Virus record (IMG/VR): IMGVR_UViG_3300044632_000653
Length of the DNA stretch: 64,000 nucleotides
Direction: 5' to 3' (one strand)
DNA from: a virus
The first letter of the stretch is position 1. The number at the start of each line of letters is the position of its first letter. Positions 37,044 to 47,869 of this stretch are shown here, piece after piece. The translations under genes and the position numbers were made by a program. Under the pieces are notes generated by a model. The model was not told where the DNA came from and searched no databases. It worked only from the letters and a program-made list of their open reading frames with translations.

Positions 37044-38533
37044 TGCACAACCACGAACCCATTCGTTCCGACTTCCTCGGCAAAAACGGCTTCGTGTGGT
37101 GGCAGGGTGTCGTTGAGGACATCTACGACCCGCTGAAGATCGGGCGTGTCCGTGTCCGCATCCTCGGATGGCACACGGATGACAAGTCGGAGATACCTAC
37201 CAAGGACCTGCCGTGGGCGCATGTCGTGATGCCTAGCAACAGCGCATCGATGTCGGGAAAGGGCTGGTCCCCCACGGGCATCCTCCAAGGCACTTGGGTC
37301 ATCGGGTTCTTTAGGGACGGGCTCAACTCACAGGAGCCCGTGGTGTTCGGCACCCTCGGCGGCATCAACACGGTGTCGATCCCCGTGCCGAACATAAGCC
37401 AAACGGGGTTCCCCTTCGTTGATGCCGAGACGAACCGCAGGTTGGTGGCGCAGATCATCGAATCCAAGAAGCAGGAGGTCCTCGCTCAGTTGGAGGAGGC
37501 GAAGGACGATGTGGGCATGAAGCCCTATCAACTGCCGAAGAACCCCGTCATCAACCCGAGCAAGGGGTTCACGGATCCCGATGGGCTCTATCCGCTCATC
37601 TCACGCATGGACGAGGCTGACACCAACCGACTCGCACGGAACGAGCAGGTGGAGAACACCATCGTCAGGAAGAAGACCGAGAGCCTTGAGGTGTGCCAAA
37701 CCGCACTCTACGGATTTTGGTCCGAGCCCAAGACACCCTATGCAGCCGTCTACCCGTTCAACAATGTGTACGAGTCTCAAGCGGGACACATCATCGAATA
37801 CGACGATACCCCCAAGGCAGAGAGGCTCCACTTCTACCATTGCTCGGGCTCCTTCACGGAGATCCATCCCAAGGGCAGCGAGGTCCACAAGGTCGTGGGC
37901 AACGCATGGGACATCACGCTCAACGACAAGATGATCCTCGTCAAGGGCAACGCATCGTTCAACGCCGACAAGACCCTAAAGGTCAAGATGGGCAAGGACC
38001 TTGAGATTGAGGTCTTGGGGGATGTCAAGATGCTCGTCAAGGGAAACATGACCACGGAGGTGAAGGGAAACGCTCTCCACAAGGTCGGCGGCACCTACAC
38101 CCTGTCGAGCGAGGGGAACATGGTCATCATGGCACCACGCATAGACCTCAATCCCGAGGGGGAGAATGCCTCCGAGGTCAGCACCTTCATGGACAAGTTG
38201 CGTGGGTTCGTGAACTCAATCATCACCGCCCTCGCTCCCGCCGATGCGAAGGTCACGAACACCGAACCGACACCCACCCCGCCCGAACTCCCACCCGCAC
38301 CGACTAGGCAGCAAGCCGAAGAAGCCGAGGAGGACGCATTCACCGATGACAGGGTCAGGATCAGCCGCAAGTATCCGAATTTGAGCGCAAGAACCGTGGA
38401 TGTTCTATTGGGGTACAGCGACGATGAGATCGAATACCTAGTGAACAACCCCCGACCGATACAGAGATCGTCCAATCAGACGAATGAAATGCTGCAAAGA
38501 ATCGGCAGGTACGAGGCTCGGGGAGAATCGTAG
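37043..38533 (+). CDS. gp5: Baseplate central spike (OB-fold plus beta-helix; no lysozyme domain evident)
   Basis: WWQGVVED..DP...GRVRVRI.G.H, LPWA, GFFRDG...QEP, YPFNNVYES..GH..EYDDTP, VKGN repeats, RIDLN. Confidence 0.9.
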   Translation: MHNHEPIRSDFLGKNGFVWWQGVVEDIYDPLKIGRVRVRILGWHTDDKSEIPTKDLPWAHVVMPSNSASMSGKGWSPTGILQGTWVIGFFRDGLNSQEPVVFGTLGGINTVSIPVPNISQTGFPFVDAETNRRLVAQIIESKKQEVLAQLEEAKDDVGMKPYQLPKNPVINPSKGFTDPDGLYPLISRMDEADTNRLARNEQVENTIVRKKTESLEVCQTALYGFWSEPKTPYAAVYPFNNVYESQAGHIIEYDDTPKAERLHFYHCSGSFTEIHPKGSEVHKVVGNAWDITLNDKMILVKGNASFNADKTLKVKMGKDLEIEVLGDVKMLVKGNMTTEVKGNALHKVGGTYTLSSEGNMVIMAPRIDLNPEGENASEVSTFMDKLRGFVNSIITALAPADAKVTNTEPTPTPPELPPAPTRQQAEEAEEDAFTDDRVRISRKYPNLSARTVDVLLGYSDDEIEYLVNNPRPIQRSSNQTNEMLQRIGRYEARGES

Positions 38534-38546
38534 GGGAGAGACATAA

Positions 38547-39260
38547 ATGTGCTTCCATATTCCCGCTAACAAGATCCCCATATCGAAAACCCCGCAGTCC
38601 GATGGAACGCAGGGTTCTGTGGCTATGCCTAGCGGCACAGAGGGAGCCACCGAGAACTACATGAAACTCGGCTCCGACGAGAAGTTGAACGCCGTGACGA
38701 GCGAGGATGTGTCCATCAAGGGGATGGTCAACCCTCCCGTGGCTACCGACTTCACCGAGTCGAAGCAGTCGCTGAACGAGTTGACGGCGCAGAAGGGAGA
38801 CCTGTCAAAGGTTCCCGACATCGACATCTGTGCCTTTATGAGCAATCTGCCCGATGGAGGCATCGACCTCCCGAGCCTTGAGGGGATTCCCTCGCTCAAC
38901 GACATCATGGTCGCCGTCAACGGTGTCACCCTTCCTGTGCTTCAAGCGGTCTCCCAAGGGATCACGGACATCGTCGGCAGGATCGGAGGAGCAATCGGGG
39001 ACATCGGTGCGGCTATCCAAGGGAGCGTACCGACGATCACCTGCGGCAAGCGTCCTGTGGTCGATCCGTTGCAGGTCGCCGCTTCCGCTGCGGGAGAACC
39101 CGCCCTCGGGGCTGCGCTCGCCCGTACGCCCGAGTCCACGCCCACGCCCACGCCCACGCCCGAGCCCGTTCCGTATGGAACTGATCCGAACATCGTCATC
39201 GAATCTCCCGATGTCACGGTCAGGAGCCTTGATGACACCATAGATTCGGGAGAGTTCTGA
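38547..39260 (+). CDS. Hypothetical baseplate-region protein
   Basis: ORF with SD; Pro/Thr linker. Confidence 0.6.
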   Translation: MCFHIPANKIPISKTPQSDGTQGSVAMPSGTEGATENYMKLGSDEKLNAVTSEDVSIKGMVNPPVATDFTESKQSLNELTAQKGDLSKVPDIDICAFMSNLPDGGIDLPSLEGIPSLNDIMVAVNGVTLPVLQAVSQGITDIVGRIGGAIGDIGAAIQGSVPTITCGKRPVVDPLQVAASAAGEPALGAALARTPESTPTPTPTPEPVPYGTDPNIVIESPDVTVRSLDDTIDSGEF

Positions 39261-40051
39261 TGCCTTTCGGGATGACGGGACAGAACCCGATTGAGTTCTA
39301 CTACCCCGACAGGAACTTCGGTGAACTCAACATCAAGGAACAGGACAACTCGACATCGTCAACCTACGACGAGATCGAATGGCTGTCACCTGCGGTTCTG
39401 AACAAGGACTACAACGAGACATTCCCAAACAGACCCATCTACGAACAACAGAGGTTCCTGCGTGACGGAGACGAGACACAATCATGCTCCCTGTCTATCA
39501 GGTTGAGAGCGACATATGTCTCGCAGAGAGGATCTCCGTCAGTTACAGGAGGATCGCTGAAGTTCGCCATAGTTAGCGGCACATTCCCACCAAGTCTGAC
39601 CTTGAACATCGATACGGGAAACATATTCGGTAGGGTCGATGACCTTGATGACATATTTCCTGAAGAGTTTGGTGTGCCCCCCGAAGGTCTTCCCGAGGAT
39701 CCGTTGGCTGAAGAGGCTAAGGAAGTTTATGGGTTCGACTATGGGGATCAGGGACCAAAGAAGTTCACCGAGCAGAACTACGCTGAGAGGGGATCTGCAT
39801 CCCTTCACAAGGGCGGATTCGGTATTGACAAGGATATCGTGTTCACCGCTAGGGCTTTCGATTCGGAACTGACCTCAAGGTACATCGACGGGATCTTCAC
39901 CATCAAGACGATGAACAACTGGTCCTCCGACAGAGACGAGTTCATCCTAAATATCAGGAATCAGTTTTTCATCGATGGTAAGCCTGTGACAAACGAGGAG
40001 TACCTCACCACGATGAAGGGGAGGGGATACTTCTCCGACAACTGTCCTTGA
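39260..40051 (+). CDS. Baseplate-region protein with putative Ig domain (gp5.1-like position)
   Basis: FAIVSGTFPPSLTLNIDTGNIFG; NNWSSDRD..I motif. Confidence 0.55.
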   Translation: MPFGMTGQNPIEFYYPDRNFGELNIKEQDNSTSSTYDEIEWLSPAVLNKDYNETFPNRPIYEQQRFLRDGDETQSCSLSIRLRATYVSQRGSPSVTGGSLKFAIVSGTFPPSLTLNIDTGNIFGRVDDLDDIFPEEFGVPPEGLPEDPLAEEAKEVYGFDYGDQGPKKFTEQNYAERGSASLHKGGFGIDKDIVFTARAFDSELTSRYIDGIFTIKTMNNWSSDRDEFILNIRNQFFIDGKPVTNEEYLTTMKGRGYFSDNCP

Positions 40052-40060
40052 GGGGGAAGT

Positions 40061-40348
40061 ATGCCAGCCGCACATCGACACACGGACATCTGCTCGGGTC
40101 ACTCCTGCTTCCCGCCGAGGAACAACATCCAAGGCTCGGACAATGTCTTCGTGAACAGCCTTGGGTGGCATAGGAAGGGTGATGGTTGGGCTACGCATTG
40201 CTGTGGTCCTTCCTGCCACACTAGCAAGACCGCAGAGGGCTCCTCCTCGGTCTTCATCAATAGCCGTCCTGCGGCTAGGGTCGGAGATCCCGTGCATTGC
40301 GGATCCGCATGTGCAAGGGGAAGCAACAATGTGTTCTGCGGGGGTTGA
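40061..40348 (+). CDS. PAAR spike-tip protein (gp5.4-like)
   Basis: CSGH.CFPP, GS.NVFVN, PAARVGD, GS.NVF. Confidence 0.92.
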   Translation: MPAAHRHTDICSGHSCFPPRNNIQGSDNVFVNSLGWHRKGDGWATHCCGPSCHTSKTAEGSSSVFINSRPAARVGDPVHCGSACARGSNNVFCGG

Positions 40349-40353
40349 CTAGG

Positions 40354-40983
40354 ATGTGGGCAAACCTGTCTCTTTGGTTTGACATCGGACTTGCGGTGTC
40401 GGGCGGCTTGGGCGGCATTTTTGCGGGTCTTTTCTACAGCAAGGTCAAGATCAAGGCTCAGGAGCGGAAGGCGGTCGAGGAGGCATCGATCAGCCCGAAG
40501 AACTCTGCGTTTCAGAGCAAGCACACCGTTGTGCATGAGACCCTTACGGCTCTGCGGATCAAGACGGGTGCCGATAGGGCGAGAATCGGTCACTTCCACA
40601 ACGGAGGCAAGTTCCTAGACGGAACCCCGATGAAGAAGTTCAGCATCACGCATGAGTCGTGCGAGCGTGGCATCCCGTATGACGGTGCCAACCTACAGAA
40701 CATATTGGTGACCATGTTTTGGGACTTGGTGGAGACCATGCGGATGGACATGCCGAGCCTCTATTGGTCCATGGACATGAGGGAAGGCTACTTCCGCTCG
40801 TACAACAACGCCAACGGGATCACGGCGTACTCCGTCCTCCCGATTATGAAAGGCGACCTGTACATCGGCTTCATCACCTTGGAATGGTTCGGTGCGGAGA
40901 AGACACCGTCGAGGCAGGATTCCTTTGAGTTGGTCTTCTCACAGGCAAAGGACTACATCGAACTTGAACTCGCATTGAGGTGA
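40354..40983 (+). CDS. Single-TM protein with GAF-like domain, possible holin
   Basis: N-terminal TM helix, ADRARIGHFHNGG..., YSVLPI...IGFITLEW. Confidence 0.5.
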   Translation: MWANLSLWFDIGLAVSGGLGGIFAGLFYSKVKIKAQERKAVEEASISPKNSAFQSKHTVVHETLTALRIKTGADRARIGHFHNGGKFLDGTPMKKFSITHESCERGIPYDGANLQNILVTMFWDLVETMRMDMPSLYWSMDMREGYFRSYNNANGITAYSVLPIMKGDLYIGFITLEWFGAEKTPSRQDSFELVFSQAKDYIELELALR

Positions 40984-40985
40984 GC

Positions 40986-41378
40986 ATGGCTAAGGTAGAA
41001 AATACATCCTTCGACCTCGACATAAACTTCGACCGCAACCCTCTGTCGGGGGATGTGGCTGTGAGGAAGGACGAGGAGGCGATCAAGCGGTCGCTGAAGA
41101 ACCTGATCCTCCTCAAGAGGAACGAGAAGCCGTTCCACCCCGAGGTCTATTCGGGGATACAGGACATGCTCTTTGAGTTGGTGGATCCACTCACGGTCGT
41201 TGAGGTGAAGAAGAGGATCTCCGACACCATCCGCAACTACGAGCCCCGTGTGAACACCGCCGTGGTTGATGTGGCGGATGTCATAGATAGGAATGAGATC
41301 AGGATCACGATTCGCTTCACCATCAAGAATGTGCAGCGGGTCTTCTCGACCACCGTAGCCGTTACGAGGCTCAGATGA
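40986..41378 (+). CDS. gp25: Baseplate wedge subunit
   Basis: DLDINF..NP...D, AIKRSLKNLI, EKPFHP, NYEPRV. Confidence 0.92.
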   Translation: MAKVENTSFDLDINFDRNPLSGDVAVRKDEEAIKRSLKNLILLKRNEKPFHPEVYSGIQDMLFELVDPLTVVEVKKRISDTIRNYEPRVNTAVVDVADVIDRNEIRITIRFTIKNVQRVFSTTVAVTRLR

Positions 41379-43300
41379 GAAACACCTCAAACACCCCCAT
41401 CAACGCACTCGGCTTTGACGAGATCAAGTCGAACCTCAAGGAATACCTTAGGGGGCAGGATCAGTTCAAGGACTACAACTTTGAGGGTTCAGCCCTCAAC
41501 ATCATCCTCGACCTCCTCGCATACAACACCCACTATCAGGCTTTCTACGCCAACATGGCTGCGAACGAGTCCTTCATCGACTCGGCTGCGATCAGGGAGT
41601 CGGTGGTCTCCTTGGCGAAGCACTTGGGATACACCCCACGGTCCAAGAAGGCGGCTAGGCTCGTCGTGGATGCGATCCTCACTCCTGGCGGCGTTGAGAC
41701 GGTGTTCACGCAGACGGTGATCCAAGGCAAGCAGTTCATCGAAAGGGGCACGATCTTCCGTGGCAAGGACACAAACGGCAAGAGCGTGAATTTCGTCAAC
41801 CTCGACAACTACAAGGCGGTTCGCAGGGGAGGCGACAACATCGTCAGGGACATCGTCCTCTACCAAGGATACCTCAAGCAGGTGTCCTTCGTGGCGAACA
41901 CCCAAGGCGGCACGAATGCTATGTTCACGATCCCCGACAGGAGCGTGGACATAGACACCATCTCCCTGTTCGTGCAGAGGTCTCAGACTGACAGCACGGG
42001 ATCGCAGGAACTGTGGAACAGGTCCACGGACATCAACAGGCTCAACTCGACCTCCAACGCCTTCTTCGTGCAGGAGAGCCGTGAGGGCTTTTGGGAGATC
42101 TACTTCGGCGACGGGATCGTCGGCAAGGCGGTCGAGAACGGAAACATCGTCACGATCCGCTACCTCGTCACGAACGGCAGCGAGGGCAACGGGATCGGCT
42201 TCGATGAGACCTCGGTGAAGAGGGCGATCACCTGCAACGACAGTCGAGTCACCGAAGTCAGGATTCAAACTGACGATAACGACGATGTGCAGGTTTCCTT
42301 CGGAGGCGAGGATTCGGAGGACACCGAATCCATCCGCTTCTATGCGCCGAGGAACTATCAGGCGCAGGACAGGGCGGTCACCTCGGATGACTACAAGGCG
42401 ATCCTCGGTCGTGAGTACGCACAGAGGGCTGAATCCTTCTTCATTTGGGGAGGCGAGGAGAACGACCCGCCCCAATACGGCAAGGTCTTCATCAGCATCA
42501 AGCCGAGGGTCGGGTCCCGACTCTCTACCGCCGAGAAGAGGGCTATTGAGAACACCATCCTCGGCGAGAAGAACCTAGTCACCATCACTCCCGAGGTCGT
42601 GGATCCCGACCTTCTCTACATCAACCCATCGGTCAAGGTCTACTACGACGAGTCGAAGACCACCTTGAACAGCACGGGTGTCGAGTCGAGGGTCGTGGAA
42701 CTCATCAAGACATTCGGAGACTCTTACCTCGGTCTGTTTCAGCGGAACTTCCGCATGTCGAAGTTCTCGTCCACCATCGACGGCTCATCACCCGCCGTCA
42801 ACTCCAACAGCACGGACATCACCCTCACGAAGAGGTTTGAACCGAACATCGGCAGGGCTGCTCCCTATACGGTCAACTTCGATAATGCCCTACTCCATCC
42901 CGTGGACGGCTACACCCCGATCCTGTCGAGCGACATCTTCGGCTACACCGATACGACATCGACCGCCGTGGTCAAGCCGAGTGTCGATGCGTTCGTAGAC
43001 GATGACGGATACGGGAACATCAGGGTCTACAAGCAGGTCGGCACCACCAAGGTCTACCTCAGCAGGAACACGGGGACCATCGACTACACCACGGGCAAGA
43101 TCTTCTTGAGGAACTTCAAGATTGAGTATCTTGACGATGGTAAGACCGAGTTGTCGCTCACCGTGGTTCCACAGAACAGGGACATCTTTGCCCGAAGGAA
43201 TCAGATCATCCTCATCGATCCGAACAGCATTTCGGTCACGACGGTGGCTGAAAAGACGGTTATAGATAGGGGTGCCAGCGATTCCGCCTTCACTCGTTGA
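41375..43300 (+). CDS. gp6: Baseplate wedge subunit
   Basis: FDEIKSNL..YL..Q..FKDYNFEGS, LAYNTHY, YFGDG.VG, QDRAVT..DY, WGGEENDPPQYGKVFI. Confidence 0.95.
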   Translation: MRNTSNTPINALGFDEIKSNLKEYLRGQDQFKDYNFEGSALNIILDLLAYNTHYQAFYANMAANESFIDSAAIRESVVSLAKHLGYTPRSKKAARLVVDAILTPGGVETVFTQTVIQGKQFIERGTIFRGKDTNGKSVNFVNLDNYKAVRRGGDNIVRDIVLYQGYLKQVSFVANTQGGTNAMFTIPDRSVDIDTISLFVQRSQTDSTGSQELWNRSTDINRLNSTSNAFFVQESREGFWEIYFGDGIVGKAVENGNIVTIRYLVTNGSEGNGIGFDETSVKRAITCNDSRVTEVRIQTDDNDDVQVSFGGEDSEDTESIRFYAPRNYQAQDRAVTSDDYKAILGREYAQRAESFFIWGGEENDPPQYGKVFISIKPRVGSRLSTAEKRAIENTILGEKNLVTITPEVVDPDLLYINPSVKVYYDESKTTLNSTGVESRVVELIKTFGDSYLGLFQRNFRMSKFSSTIDGSSPAVNSNSTDITLTKRFEPNIGRAAPYTVNFDNALLHPVDGYTPILSSDIFGYTDTTSTAVVKPSVDAFVDDDGYGNIRVYKQVGTTKVYLSRNTGTIDYTTGKIFLRNFKIEYLDDGKTELSLTVVPQNRDIFARRNQIILIDPNSISVTTVAEKTVIDRGASDSAFTR

Positions 43301-43320
43301 GGCGGTGAAGGACGGGGAAA

Positions 43321-45504
43321 ATGAGCATCGACGGAGACCGTCAACTATCACAGTTCGTGTCAGACAGGCTCCCCGAGTTCGTGCGGGTCGATCACCCCAC
43401 GCTCGTCGCCTTCATGTCTGCGTACTACGAGTGGCTCGGTCTCCGCAGGGACAAGGGCAAGATCCTGTCCCCGCTCGACATGAAGGACATCCCCGACATT
43501 GATGTCACGCTCGACCAATTCGTTGACAAGTTCAAGAACGAGTACCTGCTCAACTTCCCCGAGTCGCTAGCCATCAATCCCGACACGGGGTATTTGGTAG
43601 ACCCGAGGAGGCTCGTCAAGAACATCAAGCAGTTCTATCTCGCCAAGGGAACCGAGAAGTCATACGAGTTCCTGTTCCGTATCCTCTACGACACGGCAGT
43701 CGAGTTCTACTACCCGAAGAAAGACATCCTCAGGCTGAGTACGGGAAGGTGGACGCAGAACAACTATCTGAGGCTGTCCAACGCCTTGGGTGATGGCATC
43801 TACAGGGCTGCGGGTAACACCGTGGTGCAGCGCAACTCCTCGGGACAGATACTCGCCACGGCGAGGTGTGTTGAGGTCAGCGTGTATCAGGTGGGAAACT
43901 TCGATGTCGCCGAGATGCTCATCACGGGAAGGAATGGAACATTCCAAGCGGGTAACCTCGGTATTGAGTTTACTGACGGCGAGGACACCCTCCGTGAAGT
44001 GAAGGTCTACAGCGTCATCTCTTCCATTTCCGTGACGAACGGTGGCTCGGACTATCAGGTCGGGGAGAAAGTCACCTTTGTCCCTGTGGGGAGCGACAGC
44101 GGTCAGCGGGGCACGGGGACGATCACCGAGGTGGACAGTCTCGGGGGCATCCGCAAGATCAACATCGATGACTTCGGCATCAACTATCAGGTTGCACCCA
44201 CGATCTCCATCGCCACTAGCAGGGGCACGGGCTTCTCGGGAACCGTGACCGTGGGGGCATTGGCTCAATCTGCGGGCTTCTACGCCAACAACGACGGTCG
44301 CCTCAGCACGAACAAGGTCCTTCAGGACAACAAGTACTACCAAAATTGGTCGTATGTCCTCAAGAGCGAAGTCGTTATTGACAGGTATAGGGAGGTGGTT
44401 CGCCGCCTCGTACACCCTGTGGGAACAGCAATGTTCGGTTCGGTGCTTATCAAGCGTTGCTCGCACGATGATCTCGCCAACGCATCCTCGGTCGCTAGGT
44501 ACGAGGTTCCGATCATCGGGCACTACATCCCGTACACATTCCATACCTTTGACGATCTCTCGGCATGGTTTATGACGGGGACAACGGGAGGGATGACTGC
44601 TGCGGGATACAAACCGTCGTTCCACGACATCTACATCAGGGGAGAGGGCGATGGCATCGTGATCGGAGGCAACCCGATCAGCAACAACATCCCCTTCGCC
44701 GCCACGGGTGGTGCGTTGGGTCTGACGGGATTCCAAAATGCCGACCCATTCTGGATCGTTTACACGCACCCAAACCGAAAGTTGAGCAACGAGAAGCACA
44801 TCGCCAAGATTTGGACAACCCAACTCGGCGATTTCCTCTCATGGGGGGAATGGGACCTTTCGGGGGATCCTGCCAACCAAGAACGGGTCAACACTTGGGT
44901 CAAGGAACTCACCGACAAGTTCGCCTCGGACGGAACACAGAACTCCTGCTGCAAGGGGTCCTGCTGCCGTGGCGAACTGTACAGGGAGCCGTATGACTTC
45001 AACTACGCACTCTTGAACTACAGCGAGGACAGCGAGTTCCGCAAGATCACCGCTCGGGCTTTCTTCAACATGCCCATCGGCGAGGTCTTCGACTGCCGCA
45101 CCGAGACATTCGTTTCTCCCGCTTCCCCGAGTTTCAGGATGATCCAACCGATTTCGGGAGGCACCGTCAGGAACACCTCCACTCCCATTGGAACATCACC
45201 CGCCGACTACGACTTCTTCAGGAACCTGACAGTCCGATTCGACATCGACAACGGCGACAACCTCTCGTTGGCGCAGATCGGGGCATCGAAGATCAGGGCT
45301 GTCTTGGACGGAAGGAAGACGGTCGATCTCGGTCTGAACGCACGAACGGTGGGCTTCAACAAGGTGCGTGACGGAAGACACTCCCTGCGACTCGACATAC
45401 TTGACTCGCAGGACCGCCTGATCGCAGGTACGAGGGAAATCGTCATCTTCGCCTATGAGTTCGTGCCCCCCTCACAGACAGAACTCCCATCACTAGAGGC
45501 ATAA
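43321..45504 (+). CDS. Baseplate wedge initiator (gp7-like)
   Basis: LPEFVR.DHP..V.F..AYYEW, FYLAKGT.KSY.FLFR, QDNKYYQ.WSYV, LVHPVG..MFG. Confidence 0.75.
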   Translation: MSIDGDRQLSQFVSDRLPEFVRVDHPTLVAFMSAYYEWLGLRRDKGKILSPLDMKDIPDIDVTLDQFVDKFKNEYLLNFPESLAINPDTGYLVDPRRLVKNIKQFYLAKGTEKSYEFLFRILYDTAVEFYYPKKDILRLSTGRWTQNNYLRLSNALGDGIYRAAGNTVVQRNSSGQILATARCVEVSVYQVGNFDVAEMLITGRNGTFQAGNLGIEFTDGEDTLREVKVYSVISSISVTNGGSDYQVGEKVTFVPVGSDSGQRGTGTITEVDSLGGIRKINIDDFGINYQVAPTISIATSRGTGFSGTVTVGALAQSAGFYANNDGRLSTNKVLQDNKYYQNWSYVLKSEVVIDRYREVVRRLVHPVGTAMFGSVLIKRCSHDDLANASSVARYEVPIIGHYIPYTFHTFDDLSAWFMTGTTGGMTAAGYKPSFHDIYIRGEGDGIVIGGNPISNNIPFAATGGALGLTGFQNADPFWIVYTHPNRKLSNEKHIAKIWTTQLGDFLSWGEWDLSGDPANQERVNTWVKELTDKFASDGTQNSCCKGSCCRGELYREPYDFNYALLNYSEDSEFRKITARAFFNMPIGEVFDCRTETFVSPASPSFRMIQPISGGTVRNTSTPIGTSPADYDFFRNLTVRFDIDNGDNLSLAQIGASKIRAVLDGRKTVDLGLNARTVGFNKVRDGRHSLRLDILDSQDRLIAGTREIVIFAYEFVPPSQTELPSLEA

Positions 45505-45514
45505 GTACACCGCC

Positions 45515-47860
45515 ATGCCATCGTCTTGCGACCCATTCCGTCAAAATCACAAGCGAATCGCCGCCGATGCGCTGTTTGCCATCTACAGCGACACCGATGA
45601 CAAGAACCTGTTCCTGTCCATCGGCAAGATCACGGAATGGTCGGGTCTCGGTACCGACGAGGATCCGCCGTCGAGCATCGACAGCGTCAAGGACGATACC
45701 GAACTTTGGAGGGGCATCTTCGCCCACAAGAGGATCGACAGGTCGGATGTGTCCCTCGTCGTGCGAAGGTACGATTGGAAGCCGAGCGTCATCTACACGG
45801 CGTATCGGGATGACCTAGACCTGTTCGATGACTTCGACCCCGCTCCGTTCTATGTCCTCGTTGACGATGAGCGTGTGTACAAGTGCATCGACAACAACAA
45901 CCGTGCCCAATCCCTCGTCGCACCGACGCACACCGACAGCCAAATCCGCAAGTTGGGCGACGGATACCGTTGGAAGTTCCTCTATCAGATATCGGAGTCC
46001 AAGAGGAAGTTCCTGACGAAGACCCAAGGCGACTCCATTGGCTACATGCCCGTGGAGTATGTGGACTACCTGCGGCTCAATGACGAGCGCATCCTCCAAT
46101 GGAACACGCAGCAATCGGCTGTGGACGGGGAGATCGCTTTCGTCAGGGTGAGCCCCGATGTCAAGCCCTTCGTCGTGTCTGACACCTGCGTCTTTGCTAG
46201 TGCCAACAACACGGTCGTGGTGGATGTGGCTTTGGGGGCGACGGGAATCACCCTCACTTCACCCAATCTCATCCTCAAGCCGAACTATTACGACAACATG
46301 GTCCTGTCCATCGACAGCGGACAGGGTCAGGGACAGAGGAGAAGGATCTCCACCTTCACTCCATCGGGTGTGGGTGGTGCGGCATTCGTCACGGTGACGG
46401 ATCCCTTCTCGACTAGCGTCTCGGGTGGAGGCAACGCAAGCACCTTTTCCATCGTCCCGAACATCCGAGTGGTCGGCGACGGAACCTCTTACAGCAACTC
46501 GTACAACCCCTACGCCAAGGCTGCGGAGGTCTCGGTGCGCTTCGGTGCGACCGCAGACTTCAGCGTCGTTGGTGCCACCTCCTGCGCCGACTTCTTTGAA
46601 CTTCGCCGCCTCGTTGACTCCATCGAACTCGTTGACGGAGGAAGGGACTACACATTCGCCGACCTTGAGTTCGTCAAGGGACTCGTCGTTCCAACCGACA
46701 AGGTCTTCCTTGACGATCTCGCCGAGGCTGTGATGTCCCCACCTGGGGGTCATGGATCGAACCCCGTCAAGGAACTCGGATGCTCCTCCATAATGATCTC
46801 CAAGGAGTACTCTCAGGATGAGGAGGGGAAGGTCAGCACGGACAACGAGTACCGTCAGTTCTCAGTCATCCTCAACCCGCTCCTCGCCGAGAAGCAGGTG
46901 AGGCTGAAGTTCTTCGCCACGGGTGTCAGCGGATCATTCACGGTCGGGGCGACGGCGCAGCAATCGACCACAGGCGGATTCAGCGGTGCATACGGCGAGG
47001 TGGTCTCATGGAGGGCGGGTACCTCGGGTCACAGCGGCACGAACGAACTCGTACTCACGGAGATCAGGAACGGGGACTTTGAGTATGGCGGCAATGTCGG
47101 AGGACTGACAACGATGTCCGTCGATGTCCGAACCATCGCAGGTACGGAGTCGAGGAGGCTCCTCAGGCTGACCCTTTCTCCCACGGACCCCGCCTTCTCG
47201 GGCTCGGCGACGGACTTCACGAAGGGCTACCTCGTCCACGGTATCGGGGATTGGTCAACATCGACCAACGCTTCCCGTGCGGTCGGTGAGGTCCATGCGT
47301 GGGAGCCGCAGGTCGGATCGAACATCCTCGGCTTCCTCTACCTTGAGAATCCTCAGGGATCCTTCAAGGTCAACGAGCGTGTCTCGCAGACGGACCTCTT
47401 CTACTCGGGCTACAGCAAGGGACTCAGCGGAATAGGTCAGATCAAAGCAATCGACACAGTCATCAGGGAGGGCGTGGACACATACGACCAGACCACGACC
47501 CTTGTCATGTCCTACGACGGCAACAACCTGTTCAAGACCACCTCGTTCCTTGAGGATGCGTTCGAGGAATTCGTACTCGGTGCGACGGGCTCTGCGAACG
47601 GATATGTGATGGATTGGACCCTCGGGGGTACGGGAAGCACGGGAACTCTCAGGGTCTCGGGCACCCAAGGAACCTTCCGCACGGGAATGACCGCAGCATA
47701 CGGACTGACCACGGACATCAATACGGCGACCGTCACCCAAGTGGTACACACAGGCGAACTGAAGTACCGCTCGGGAGAGGTCCTATACATACAGAACATG
47801 AAGCCGATTCAGCGTGATCTTGAGCAACGAGAAGAGATCAAGATCGTCATCGACTTCTAA
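45515..47860 (+). CDS. gp8: Baseplate wedge subunit (gp8-like)
   Basis: RYDW, FYV....RVYKCIDN, DGYRWKFLY, PPGGHG.NP..ELG, SGEVLYIQN..PI.R...Q.E.IKIVIDF. Confidence 0.8.
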   Translation: MPSSCDPFRQNHKRIAADALFAIYSDTDDKNLFLSIGKITEWSGLGTDEDPPSSIDSVKDDTELWRGIFAHKRIDRSDVSLVVRRYDWKPSVIYTAYRDDLDLFDDFDPAPFYVLVDDERVYKCIDNNNRAQSLVAPTHTDSQIRKLGDGYRWKFLYQISESKRKFLTKTQGDSIGYMPVEYVDYLRLNDERILQWNTQQSAVDGEIAFVRVSPDVKPFVVSDTCVFASANNTVVVDVALGATGITLTSPNLILKPNYYDNMVLSIDSGQGQGQRRRISTFTPSGVGGAAFVTVTDPFSTSVSGGGNASTFSIVPNIRVVGDGTSYSNSYNPYAKAAEVSVRFGATADFSVVGATSCADFFELRRLVDSIELVDGGRDYTFADLEFVKGLVVPTDKVFLDDLAEAVMSPPGGHGSNPVKELGCSSIMISKEYSQDEEGKVSTDNEYRQFSVILNPLLAEKQVRLKFFATGVSGSFTVGATAQQSTTGGFSGAYGEVVSWRAGTSGHSGTNELVLTEIRNGDFEYGGNVGGLTTMSVDVRTIAGTESRRLLRLTLSPTDPAFSGSATDFTKGYLVHGIGDWSTSTNASRAVGEVHAWEPQVGSNILGFLYLENPQGSFKVNERVSQTDLFYSGYSKGLSGIGQIKAIDTVIREGVDTYDQTTTLVMSYDGNNLFKTTSFLEDAFEEFVLGATGSANGYVMDWTLGGTGSTGTLRVSGTQGTFRTGMTAAYGLTTDINTATVTQVVHTGELKYRSGEVLYIQNMKPIQRDLEQREEIKIVIDF

Positions 47861-47869
47861 GGTGAACAG

